Of a DNA stretch of 44,765 nt, positions 17,036-25,952 are shown one piece after another. Each line of letters starts with the position of its first letter. Position 1 is the first letter of the stretch. The notes under the pieces are model-generated. The model saw only the letters and a list, made by a program, of their open reading frames with translations, ran no database searches and was not told the DNA's origin. This DNA is from a virus: IMG/VR virus record IMGVR_UViG_3300045988_086665. One strand, 5' to 3'. Both the position numbers and the translations under genes were made by a program.

Positions 17036-20000
17036 ATGGCAAAAGTTTATGATAAACCGATAAGCCTTTCCACCAACTGGGGAGGGGATTCCAGCACTGG
17101 AAACTTGCCGGTGTCGGGACGGCGAGTACAAGAACTCATCAAGAACACATTCGCTAAGAAGGGCGGCTTCTTCCAAGTTAAGGATAGCAAGTTTTTGCAG
17201 GTTTTTGCCAGCGAGGAAGACGCTAAGAACTACAACAAAGACAGCGAGAAATACGCCGACTTGGTTCTCTCGCAGATTCAACTTCCGAACACTGGAGCAA
17301 CGCAAGCGACAATGAAAAATACGATTCTCGCCACGCCTAGCGAATATACGACCCCTGGGAGTGCCGAGATTTTCAAGTTTAGGTACTTATCCTATTACGA
17401 CAACGAGCAAGACCTTTCTCAGATGAGCGGTTCTTGTACGGTTTACGTTGCGGGTTTGCAGCGTGAGCGCATTTCCCTGCGTTCGGGCAGCACCTATACG
17501 ATTGATGTAACGAAGTACATAGGCGATGATGTTACAGAAATCAGATTCACTATCGACAACGGGGAGGGAAGCAGCAGAAGCTACGTTTACGAAGTCACAA
17601 CCGTAAACCTTTTTGTTTCTTCAAGCTTCGATAGCGTGACCGCATACGAGGGTGCAATCCCATTTGTGTACACACCAATCGGCAATATCAAGAAGGTCGT
17701 CCATATTCTCCTGGACGGCGAGGAGATACACACCGAGGAGACGGAAGTCAACAACCGCCAGCAGTCCTTTGAGATTCCAGCGCAAGCGCACGGAGCGCAT
17801 AGCCTGGAAGTTTATCTGTCCGCATCCGTGCAGGGGTCGGAACTGGAGAGTAACCACCTTAACTTTGCGCTCGTCTGTATCGAGCGAGGAAACGAAACCC
17901 CAATCATCGCTAGCACCATGGAACATATCTATATGAAGCAGTACGAGACGGTTTCCATTCCTTTCGTGGTCTATGATCCATTGAACAACCCAGCAGACAT
18001 TACCTTGAAGATTAACGGCTCAACCGTGGCAACCCGAAATGTTGACCGCACCCAGCAATCGTGGGTATACAAGTCGATGAGCCAAGGCGGTGCCGCTATG
18101 ACGATAACTTGCAGAAGCGTAAGCAAGACTTTCCCATTGACTGTTGACAAGTCTTCCATCACATCAGAGGCAGAAACCCGGAACCTCGAGTTGTTCCTAA
18201 CCTCGCAGGGCAGGAGCAACCAAGACACCAACAAGGAGATATGGAAGTACAATGACATCGAAGTTTCTTTCAATGGTATGAACTATCAGACCAACGGCTG
18301 GGTCGAGGACTCGGACGGCAACATTGCAATGCGCTTAAGCGGCGGTGCAACAATGAGCATACCTTTGCATTTGTTCGCCAAGGACATCAGACAAACTGGA
18401 AAAACAATAGAGATTGAGTTTGCCGTAAGACAGATAACCGACTTTACAAGCGTAATCCTATCATGCATGCAGGGCGGCATCGGCTTGCAACTGACCCCTA
18501 ACACGATTTCCATTAAATCTGAGCAATCAGCACTGGAGACCAAGTACAAGGAAGATGAGCGTGTCCGCATCTCTTTCGTTATCGAGAAACGAGCCAATAA
18601 CAGATTGATGCAGATTTACATCAACGGCATCAAGTCCCAGTCCTTGCAGTACCCGAACAACGATGGATTCACGCAGTCGGCACCTGTAGGAATAACCGTT
18701 GATTCTTCGACAGCCACGATCGACTTCTACAATATCAGAAGCTATTCCAACAACCTCAACGCCCAGCAGCTTCTGGACAACTATATTGCGGATATGGACG
18801 ACATAGAGAAGAAACTGACTATCTTCAACCGAAACCAAGTTTATGATACATACGGCAATTTGAGCTATTCCAAGTTGCTGGAGCAGATTCCGTGTCTCAT
18901 TATCACTGGTGAGCTTTCCCAGTACAAGGGCGACAAGAAGACCGTAGCTATCGAGTATGTGGACAAGAACAATCCAGCGAATAGTTTCACCGCAGACGGC
19001 GTGGAGCTGAACGTGCAGGGTACTTCTTCCCAGTACTACCCACGCAAGAACTACAAGGGCAAGTTCAAGAACGGCTTCAATATGACCGCCAGCGGCAAGC
19101 ACGAGGATAATTTTGCGCTTGATAAAGATGCAGTTTTGCCAGCGAACGCCTTCTGCTGGAAAGCGGACTTCGCCGAGAGCAGCGGCACACACAACACTGG
19201 ACTTGCTAATTATATCGGCTGGATGCTCAAGGAGGCGGGCATACAGACAGAGCCACAGAAAAAGAACTCGCTCATCCGTACGACCGTATATGGAGAGCCA
19301 TGTTTGATTTTCCACAGAAGTAAGGCAGGGGAGACACCTCTGTTCATCGGCAAGTACAACTTCAACACCGACAAGAGCGCAGAGAACACATTCGGCTTTG
19401 CGGAGGGGGACGAATCGTGGGAGTTTCTGAACAACACCAGCGACCGCTCGAACTTCCTTTCAGCCGATTTCAGCGGTGACGGATGGAAGAACGATTTCGA
19501 AGGTCGTTATCCTGACGGCAACGAAGACATCTCAAAGATGAAGGAAGTGTTTACATGGGTAGTTTCTTGCAAGGGTAACGTTGACAAGTTCAAGGCAGAA
19601 CTGGAACAATATTTCGACAAGAAGACAATTCTCTTCTATGACCTCATTACATTGGTTTTCGGAATGGTTGATCAGCGAGCGAAGAACCAGTTCTTGACAT
19701 ATTACACTGGCGGCAAGTGGCTTTTCATTTTCTATGATAACGATACCGTCTTCGGCATCAACAACGAGGGCGCAATCGGATTCAGCTACAACATCGAGAT
19801 ACACGATGTTATCGGCAACTTGAACGCTTACAATGGAGCGAACTCCTTGCTTTGGGAGCTCGTTGAAAGCGCATTCGCCGATGACATCAAGAGCCTTTAT
19901 CAGACCTTGCGACAGAAGAACATTCTGACCTATGACAAGGTTATCGAGTATTGCAACACAAGACAGAGCGACAAGTGGTGCGAGGCGGTTTACAACGAAG

Positions 20001-22324
20001 ACGGCTATTTCAAGTACGAGTCTCCTTTGATTGACGGATATACGGATTATTCCAGCGGTACGGCTCAGACCGTGAAGACTGGAGCGTTCTTGTATGCCCT
20101 TCAAGGTAGCCGTGACGCTCATCGCCGCTGGTGGCTTTACAACCGATTCAAGTACATGGATTCTAAGTTCCAGGCAGGCTCTTCGTTGTCAGACTACATT
20201 ACTTTCCGAACATACACACCGAGTGTATGGGTAGGTGTCGAGCCAAAGGCAGACATCACCATCGGTGCGTTCTCGGCAATGTATGGAACTATTCGCTGGG
20301 GTAGCGTGACCAAGAGTGAGAGAATGCGAGAGGGAGAAGTGAAGACTATCACTGCACCTGCTGGCATCAAGTTCAACGACACCGAGACCATTATCTACAA
20401 TGCTTCTATGATAAAGAGCATTGGCGACTTGTCGGCTTTATACATTGGTACGGTTGATGTATCGAAGGCAACCAATATAACAGAACTTATTATCGGTTCT
20501 TCCAAGGCAGGCTATCAAAATCGAAACTTCAACGTTTTGTCCCTGGGTAACAACTCGAAGCTGAGAAAGCTGGATATCCAGAACTGTCCGAACTACACCA
20601 CAAGCATTGACGTGAACGGCTGCGAGAACATCGAGGAAATTTATGCGAGAGGCACTGGCGCAACAGCCGTGAACCTTGCTGAGGGCGGCGTTCTCAGAGT
20701 TTTGCAGCTTCCAGCCACCATTACCAACTTGACGTTAAAGAACCAGCAGAAGCTGGGGCTCGGTTTAACCATGGAGTCGTGGGCGAACCTTTCAACACTA
20801 GTTGTCGAAAACTGCCCAAATGTTGACTTCTTAAGTATCGCAGACAGCGTTCTTTCCTCAACGAACGCATTAAAGTACGCTAGATGCACCAATATTGATG
20901 CAACCAAGTCGGATTTCAATATCTTGAATAAACTTTCAAGAATCAAAGGAATTGGCGACAACGGCGAATATACGGAAACCGCATATTTGAGCGGAAAATA
21001 TGTTGTGCTTAAGGCTATCAAGGAAGACATTGAGAGAATGAAGAGTCTTTATCCTTATTTGTCAATTTCAGCAAGAACAACGCTGGAAACCATATTTGTT
21101 ACATTCGAAGTGACAAGTCAATATGGAGTAATAAAAGGAGCGACCGTTGAAATCAATAGCTTGACATACGACCTTTCTTCAGGAACGGTAAAAGTGCCAT
21201 TAGCCAAAGGAGAACGTTACGATTACGTTATCCGATATAGTGGAGGCGAAGATACTGGATACATCACACCTTCTTCGGACACGACCATATCAAAGTCGTA
21301 CGAAATCGAATTAGACATTATGACGATGAAACCAGAACCTAACGGAAAGATGCAAGTTTTGTTGACTGGTAACTCTGTGTCTATAACTGCTTTAGGCGGT
21401 TCTGTCAATATAGATTGGGGAGATGGAAGTACAAGTAATGAAGACTCGCACACTTATACGGATGGTAATGCTTTCCATAATGTATCTTTGGATTCCGCAA
21501 ACGATAGCATAGTATCAATCTCTTTTAATAGAGACACTATTTTGGCTTTTTGGGGCATCGGAAAATCAAAGGCTAGGATTGCAGATTTTCAAAATCAAGG
21601 AAAATTGGAATACATCGCCGATGATTTATTCTACAATGGCTATGTTGATAGCGATAACATTGCTAAATTTTTCCAATATTGCTCTAATCTTAAAGAGATA
21701 CCAGCCAAACTGTTTGAACCGATACCAGATTTGACATCAATGCATTATTATTATTATTGTGGTACGTTTTACGGATGCACTTCCTTAAAGGAAATTCCAG
21801 CAGGGCTTTTCGACCCATTAGTCAATCTGGAGCATGCTTCTGGATTGTTTTACGGATGCACTTCCTTAAAGGAAATTCCAGCAGGGCTTTTTGATAAGCT
21901 TGTAAAAGTAATCTTCGACACTGACCAACAAAGGCATGGACTTTTCTGTAATTGTGAAAAGCTAGAGGAATTCCCGTACAACCTGTTTGATAAGAGCGTG
22001 AAAACTTATCGTTTTGATAGTGTATTCTTAAACGACACAGCCTTAAAGGTCGGTTTTCTGCCACTCTGTAAAGAGTCCAATGCTCGTCACGAAAGAACCT
22101 ACTGTAATTGTGATAATATGCAGAAGCTCATTGCTCGAACTGCCACACCTTGCACTATAGACAGTGAAACAATTCCAGGCGGAATTCAGTTAAAAATATA
22201 CGTCCCAGATTCGGCGATAGAGGCATACAAGACAGCAACGAACTGGAGTGCTTTTGCAGACAAGATTGTCGGATGGAGCAAGTTAACGGAAGAAGAGAGA
22301 CAGAAGTATGGATTGACAACATAA
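17036..22324 (+). CDS. Giant multidomain tail fibre/adhesin-like protein (CotH-like + LRR + PKD-like + BspA-type LRR)
   Basis: 1762 aa. CotH-like motifs: NVQGTSSQYYPRKNYKGKF (about nt 19010) and DQRAKNQFLTYY...FIFYDNDTVFG (about nt 19680-19770). Internal LRR-like segment, about nt 20400-20880. PKD-like motif NIDWGDGSTSNEDSHTYTDG at about nt 21410-21470. C-terminal repeats FYGCTSLKEIPAGLFD are typical of BspA-type LRR proteins. Confidence 0.85.
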   Translation: MAKVYDKPISLSTNWGGDSSTGNLPVSGRRVQELIKNTFAKKGGFFQVKDSKFLQVFASEEDAKNYNKDSEKYADLVLSQIQLPNTGATQATMKNTILATPSEYTTPGSAEIFKFRYLSYYDNEQDLSQMSGSCTVYVAGLQRERISLRSGSTYTIDVTKYIGDDVTEIRFTIDNGEGSSRSYVYEVTTVNLFVSSSFDSVTAYEGAIPFVYTPIGNIKKVVHILLDGEEIHTEETEVNNRQQSFEIPAQAHGAHSLEVYLSASVQGSELESNHLNFALVCIERGNETPIIASTMEHIYMKQYETVSIPFVVYDPLNNPADITLKINGSTVATRNVDRTQQSWVYKSMSQGGAAMTITCRSVSKTFPLTVDKSSITSEAETRNLELFLTSQGRSNQDTNKEIWKYNDIEVSFNGMNYQTNGWVEDSDGNIAMRLSGGATMSIPLHLFAKDIRQTGKTIEIEFAVRQITDFTSVILSCMQGGIGLQLTPNTISIKSEQSALETKYKEDERVRISFVIEKRANNRLMQIYINGIKSQSLQYPNNDGFTQSAPVGITVDSSTATIDFYNIRSYSNNLNAQQLLDNYIADMDDIEKKLTIFNRNQVYDTYGNLSYSKLLEQIPCLIITGELSQYKGDKKTVAIEYVDKNNPANSFTADGVELNVQGTSSQYYPRKNYKGKFKNGFNMTASGKHEDNFALDKDAVLPANAFCWKADFAESSGTHNTGLANYIGWMLKEAGIQTEPQKKNSLIRTTVYGEPCLIFHRSKAGETPLFIGKYNFNTDKSAENTFGFAEGDESWEFLNNTSDRSNFLSADFSGDGWKNDFEGRYPDGNEDISKMKEVFTWVVSCKGNVDKFKAELEQYFDKKTILFYDLITLVFGMVDQRAKNQFLTYYTGGKWLFIFYDNDTVFGINNEGAIGFSYNIEIHDVIGNLNAYNGANSLLWELVESAFADDIKSLYQTLRQKNILTYDKVIEYCNTRQSDKWCEAVYNEDGYFKYESPLIDGYTDYSSGTAQTVKTGAFLYALQGSRDAHRRWWLYNRFKYMDSKFQAGSSLSDYITFRTYTPSVWVGVEPKADITIGAFSAMYGTIRWGSVTKSERMREGEVKTITAPAGIKFNDTETIIYNASMIKSIGDLSALYIGTVDVSKATNITELIIGSSKAGYQNRNFNVLSLGNNSKLRKLDIQNCPNYTTSIDVNGCENIEEIYARGTGATAVNLAEGGVLRVLQLPATITNLTLKNQQKLGLGLTMESWANLSTLVVENCPNVDFLSIADSVLSSTNALKYARCTNIDATKSDFNILNKLSRIKGIGDNGEYTETAYLSGKYVVLKAIKEDIERMKSLYPYLSISARTTLETIFVTFEVTSQYGVIKGATVEINSLTYDLSSGTVKVPLAKGERYDYVIRYSGGEDTGYITPSSDTTISKSYEIELDIMTMKPEPNGKMQVLLTGNSVSITALGGSVNIDWGDGSTSNEDSHTYTDGNAFHNVSLDSANDSIVSISFNRDTILAFWGIGKSKARIADFQNQGKLEYIADDLFYNGYVDSDNIAKFFQYCSNLKEIPAKLFEPIPDLTSMHYYYYCGTFYGCTSLKEIPAGLFDPLVNLEHASGLFYGCTSLKEIPAGLFDKLVKVIFDTDQQRHGLFCNCEKLEEFPYNLFDKSVKTYRFDSVFLNDTALKVGFLPLCKESNARHERTYCNCDNMQKLIARTATPCTIDSETIPGGIQLKIYVPDSAIEAYKTATNWSAFADKIVGWSKLTEEERQKYGLTT
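21766..21891 (+). repeat. Perfect 45-nt direct repeat (21766-21810 and 21847-21891) inside the BspA-type LRR region
   Basis: gttttacggatgcacttccttaaaggaaattccagcagggctttt occurs twice, 81 nt apart (one 27-aa repeat unit). Confidence 0.9.
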
Positions 22325-22335
22325 ACGATTAGGAT

Positions 22336-22554
22336 ATGAAGATAGACAAAGACAACGACAAGCACATCATCGCTGATGATGGCAAGACGTTCGAGCGCAT
22401 CGCAGATGGCACGAACTATGGCAAGGAGATTTATCTAGGGTATTCGTATTTCATTGGTGGGGAGAAGTTGGACGTTCCCCACCTTGACACGCCCGAGGAC
22501 TTCCGAGAGGTTGACGAGCCAAAGGAAGAACAAAAAGAGAACAGAGATGAATGA
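22336..22554 (+). CDS. Hypothetical small acidic protein
   Basis: 72-aa ORF directly after the fibre gene. Confidence 0.5.
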   Translation: MKIDKDNDKHIIADDGKTFERIADGTNYGKEIYLGYSYFIGGEKLDVPHLDTPEDFREVDEPKEEQKENRDE

Positions 22555-22885
22555 CAAGGAGAAAGAACTATGGCGAGTTATAGACAACGTAATCAAGTGT
22601 TGTGCTATTGAACTTCAGAACGGAGAGTTGAGCATTACGAGAGAAGACGTTCTCGGCAAGTCGAGAGCAGAAAACCTCGTAATGACAAGATGTATGGTCG
22701 TTGAGCAGATGATACACGCAGGATTCAGCATAACGACCATTGCGACCGTATTAAACCGCACCGTTCCAGCTGTTAGGCATCTTTGCAAGATGGCTTACAC
22801 CTATATCAGCACGTCTCGAGTTTATCGACTTGCTACGGCACAAGCGACCCTTCTAAACAAGGACGTTGAGCCGATTTGTATTTAA
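22547..22885 (+). CDS. HTH protein resembling DnaA domain IV (putative regulator)
   Basis: Start placed at ATG 22547 (MNDKEKELW...), overlapping the previous stop by 8 nt. GKSRAENLVMTRCMVVEQMIHAGFSITTIATVLNRTVPAVRHLCKMA resembles the DnaA C-terminal DNA-binding fold (from recall). Confidence 0.55.
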   Translation: MNDKEKELWRVIDNVIKCCAIELQNGELSITREDVLGKSRAENLVMTRCMVVEQMIHAGFSITTIATVLNRTVPAVRHLCKMAYTYISTSRVYRLATAQATLLNKDVEPICI

Positions 22886-22956
22886 TTAAGAAACAAAAAG
22901 AAAACAACCAAAAGCGTTCTTTGAAAATAATTCGATAAATACCCCTGCACTAACTT

Positions 22957-22988
22957 TTTGGAGCGAGCCAAAAATCAGAGTATCTTTG
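22957..22988 (+). promoter_or_regulatory. Bacteroidota-type promoter for the 23038 gene
   Basis: TTTG (22957-22960), a 20-nt spacer, then TATCTTTG (22981-22988). Confidence 0.6.
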
Positions 22989-23037
22989 CAGCGGATTCAA
23001 ATATTTTGTTTCCGTAACGTAATTAACTCAAAATTTT

Positions 23038-23862
23038 ATGGCAGACACAATTGAGAAGGTCTATTGCACTGGGGACGGTGGCAATGACAACCTGGCAGCA
23101 GCTTTGCTCGCTAGAGGTAGAGACAATGATCCAGCGACTATGCTGGCAGCAATGAACGGTGGTATGGGCAACTGGATGAATAACCCGTTTGCCTATATGA
23201 TGATGATGGCTTGGATGCGAGACTGGAATAACCGTGGCGGCAATTTGCAGGACACGGAATTGCAGAATCAGATTGCGAGCCTTCGCACACAGATGCAGGA
23301 CGGCAATAATACGGCTCTCCTGATGGACGCAGTGAAGGGCAACAGCGTTGCTCTTGGTCAGCTTGCGCAGAATCTTAACTGCGATATGAACCAGCTGCAG
23401 AATGCAGTCTGTGGCGTGCAGGCAGCAATCCAAGATGTAGGCGGCAAGGTTGGTCTCAGCGCAGAGCGAGTAATCAACGCAGCGAACCTCGGAAACCTCA
23501 ACATCATCCAGCAGTTGAAGGACTGTTGCTGCCAGACCCAGCAGAACATCATCAAGATGGGCTACGAGAACCAGCTGGGGCAGAAGGACATCCAGAACTC
23601 AATGCAGCGAGGATTCGATTTCAACAACCGCAGCATAGAGCGAGGCTTCTCGGCACTCGGTTTCCAGCTTCAGCAGGACAAGTGCGACATCATCCGCTCG
23701 AACCAAGACAACACCCAGCGAGTTATCGATGTGCTTAACAATCACTGGCAGCAGGATTTGCAGCAGAAGTACAACGATGCACGCCTGGAGTTGAGCCAGC
23801 AGAGACAGAACGCTGAACTTATTGCAGCGTTGAAGACCACCACAACCACCACTGGAGCGTAG
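23038..23862 (+). CDS. Q/N-rich hypothetical protein (stand-alone transcription unit)
   Basis: 274 aa with a Met/Trp/Asn-rich N-terminal patch (GMGNWMNNPFAYMMMMAWMRDWNNRGG), then a long Q/N-rich helical region with a CCC motif and a TTTTT tail. It has its own promoter and terminator. Confidence 0.7.
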   Translation: MADTIEKVYCTGDGGNDNLAAALLARGRDNDPATMLAAMNGGMGNWMNNPFAYMMMMAWMRDWNNRGGNLQDTELQNQIASLRTQMQDGNNTALLMDAVKGNSVALGQLAQNLNCDMNQLQNAVCGVQAAIQDVGGKVGLSAERVINAANLGNLNIIQQLKDCCCQTQQNIIKMGYENQLGQKDIQNSMQRGFDFNNRSIERGFSALGFQLQQDKCDIIRSNQDNTQRVIDVLNNHWQQDLQQKYNDARLELSQQRQNAELIAALKTTTTTTGA

Positions 23863-23885
23863 GAGGTCTAAACAAAATCTATCAA

Positions 23886-23922
23886 GGGGCAACTCACCGT
23901 GCTATCGGTGAGACCCCTTTTT
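23886..23922 (+). terminator. Intrinsic terminator
   Basis: gggg..ctcaccg-tgctat-cggtgag..cccc followed by ttttt (23918-23922). Confidence 0.75.
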
Positions 23923-23956
23923 GTCTATTTATCGAATTATCTAAAAAGAGCGCATT

Positions 23957-24427
23957 ATGGAATTCAAAAATATTCAGAGAAATCACCCGGTCTATCTGCT
24001 AGACAAGCAGACGGTGGAAGTAAAGGAAGGCAAGGTCGTAGACAACCAGCCGCACATCAACACTGGCATCGCAACCATTTCCAGCAGCGGACAGCCAATG
24101 CGAGACGTAACAATCGAGGTGGAGGGAAAGCAGACAATCTATACCATCCCCGAACACCTGGGAGTAACCTTTGCAGGCGAAATCGTACTGGCAACCGACA
24201 AGGCAGACCTTTTGCCCGAAGTTGGGAAATTGGTAAATGAAGCCGATGAGATAATCAAGGCATACGAGCCAAGCAAGGAGCGGAAAGCCAAGGGCGAAGA
24301 ATTGCTTGCATCTTTGAACCCAGCAATCAAGGAGAAGCAGGAAACCGAAAAGCGTTTCAAGGCACTTGAGGGCGATATAAGCGGCATTCGTGGTATGGTC
24401 AAGCAATTACTCGACAAACTAGGATAG
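23957..24427 (+). CDS. Hypothetical protein
   Basis: 156-aa ORF with a coiled-coil C-terminus, upstream of the lysis cassette. Confidence 0.65.
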   Translation: MEFKNIQRNHPVYLLDKQTVEVKEGKVVDNQPHINTGIATISSSGQPMRDVTIEVEGKQTIYTIPEHLGVTFAGEIVLATDKADLLPEVGKLVNEADEIIKAYEPSKERKAKGEELLASLNPAIKEKQETEKRFKALEGDISGIRGMVKQLLDKLG

Positions 24428-24438
24428 GAGGGCGCACA

Positions 24439-24924
24439 ATGAAGAAAATCATCGTTTTGCGCCATTCTTGCGATAGCGAGGAAGAGCGACACCAGCACCA
24501 AGAGAGCGACATCATCCACAGCTTGCCATACGAGAAGGCGGCAAAGGCTTTGATGGGAGCCAGCGGATATGTGGCATACGTTGCCAAGCACGGCTACCAC
24601 TTCACGAAGCAGTTAGCTATCAAGGCGAGCGAGCAGATGAAGAACGTAGACGGAACGAGCCACCGATGGACGGTAGACGAAATCCGGCTGGCGACAAACA
24701 ACGAGATAATCTCAAAGGGCACGACCCTCGGGGATATTCTCTATTTGGCTAATATGGCTTATGCGGACTTCTATCCAAAGGTAATCAAGACCGAGAGCGA
24801 CTGCGTACAGTATGCTATTGCCGTAGCCAGTGATCCAGACGGATACGAGGGTATGGCATTCTGCAGGTGGACGGCAGACATCATCGGGAAGGGCGTTACC
24901 ATCGACTGGGAGAAATTGGAATAA
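24439..24924 (+). CDS. Hypothetical protein
   Basis: 161-aa ORF with conserved-looking segments (HGYHFTKQLA, LANMAYADFYP, DPDGYEGMAFCRW). No function recognised. Confidence 0.65.
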   Translation: MKKIIVLRHSCDSEEERHQHQESDIIHSLPYEKAAKALMGASGYVAYVAKHGYHFTKQLAIKASEQMKNVDGTSHRWTVDEIRLATNNEIISKGTTLGDILYLANMAYADFYPKVIKTESDCVQYAIAVASDPDGYEGMAFCRWTADIIGKGVTIDWEKLE

Positions 24925-24944
24925 ACCAAAAAAAATAAATTGAT

Positions 24945-25400
24945 ATGAGCGAAGTATTTCACGATTTTCAGGTGCACCACCTATATCTGTGCGCCCTAGT
25001 AATTTTTATCTGTTTCGCTACGATTCTGATAGCGATGACAATTGACTTGATAGCAGGCATACAGAAGGCGAAGGAACTGCATATTGCAAGAACGTCAACT
25101 GGACTAAAGAAGACGTGCGACAAGGCGAAGAAGTATTTTCCGACATTCGGTATAGCTTCGCTTATGGACGTTGCTACGTGTATTATCTCTCCCTTCCCTA
25201 TGTTCTCCATCGCCTGGACGGTGTATCTGCTTTTGTGCGAGTTCAAGAGCATCCGGGAGAAGGCATACGAGAAGGCTGAGATACGCAAGCAAGACCGCAC
25301 GATGCAGGTAATACTCGAAAACAAGGATGAAATTGCGAAGGCAGTTGTCGAGATAATGAAAGAAGAGCGGAAGAAAGGAGGAGATAATGAGGGTAACTAG
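24945..25400 (+). CDS. Holin (Phage_holin_4-like)
   Basis: 151 aa with hydrophobic helices (LCALVIFICFATILIAMTIDLIAGI; FGIASLMDVATCIISPF; IAWTVYLLLCEF) and a charged C-terminus. It overlaps the endolysin start by 14 nt. Confidence 0.65.
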   Translation: MSEVFHDFQVHHLYLCALVIFICFATILIAMTIDLIAGIQKAKELHIARTSTGLKKTCDKAKKYFPTFGIASLMDVATCIISPFPMFSIAWTVYLLLCEFKSIREKAYEKAEIRKQDRTMQVILENKDEIAKAVVEIMKEERKKGGDNEGN

Positions 25401-25923
25401 AGCGCAACTGGTAAAGATAATGCCGAATGCAGGCAGCAAGGCAGACACCTACCTTCCAATCATCAACGGATGGGCAGAGCATTTCCGCATCAACACTCCT
25501 TTGCGAATGGCTCACTACCTCGCACAGATTGCCCACGAAAGCGGAGAGTTGAGATACACCAAGGAGCTTGCAAGCGGCAGAGCCTACGAGGGCAGGAAAG
25601 ACCTCGGCAACACCCAGCAGGGCGATGGCGTGAAGTACAAGGGCAGAGGATTGATACAGATTACCGGGCGAGCCAACTACCAGAAGTATGCCAATTATTG
25701 CGGCTTCGATGTTGTTGGCACACCCGAGCTTCTGGAGCGACCATTCGGTGCAACGAAATCCTCGATGTGGGTATTCGACACCTTCGGCTGTAATGAGTTG
25801 GCAGACCAAGACAACTTGAAGGCTATCCGAAGGAAGATAAACGGAGGGTACAGAGGGCTGGCAGAATGCGAAAAGTATTTGAAGCGAGCCAAGGAAGCCC
25901 TGGAAATTAAGGTGCTTACATAA
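25387..25923 (+). CDS. Endolysin, glycoside hydrolase family 19 (chitinase-like lysozyme)
   Basis: 178 aa. AHYLAQIAHESGELRYTKE...YEGRKDLGNTQQGDGVKYKGRGLIQITGRANY is the hallmark GH19/COG3179 phage-lysin core. Confidence 0.9.
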   Translation: MRVTRAQLVKIMPNAGSKADTYLPIINGWAEHFRINTPLRMAHYLAQIAHESGELRYTKELASGRAYEGRKDLGNTQQGDGVKYKGRGLIQITGRANYQKYANYCGFDVVGTPELLERPFGATKSSMWVFDTFGCNELADQDNLKAIRRKINGGYRGLAECEKYLKRAKEALEIKVLT

Positions 25924-25952
25924 TAAACATATCAATCTAACGTTTATAGAGT

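Noticed and set aside
17036-22324. A diversity-generating retroelement acting on the fibre C-terminus.
   Set aside because: There is no reverse transcriptase anywhere in the genome and no template/variable repeat pair. The only internal repeat is a perfect in-frame LRR unit duplication with no adenine-specific differences.
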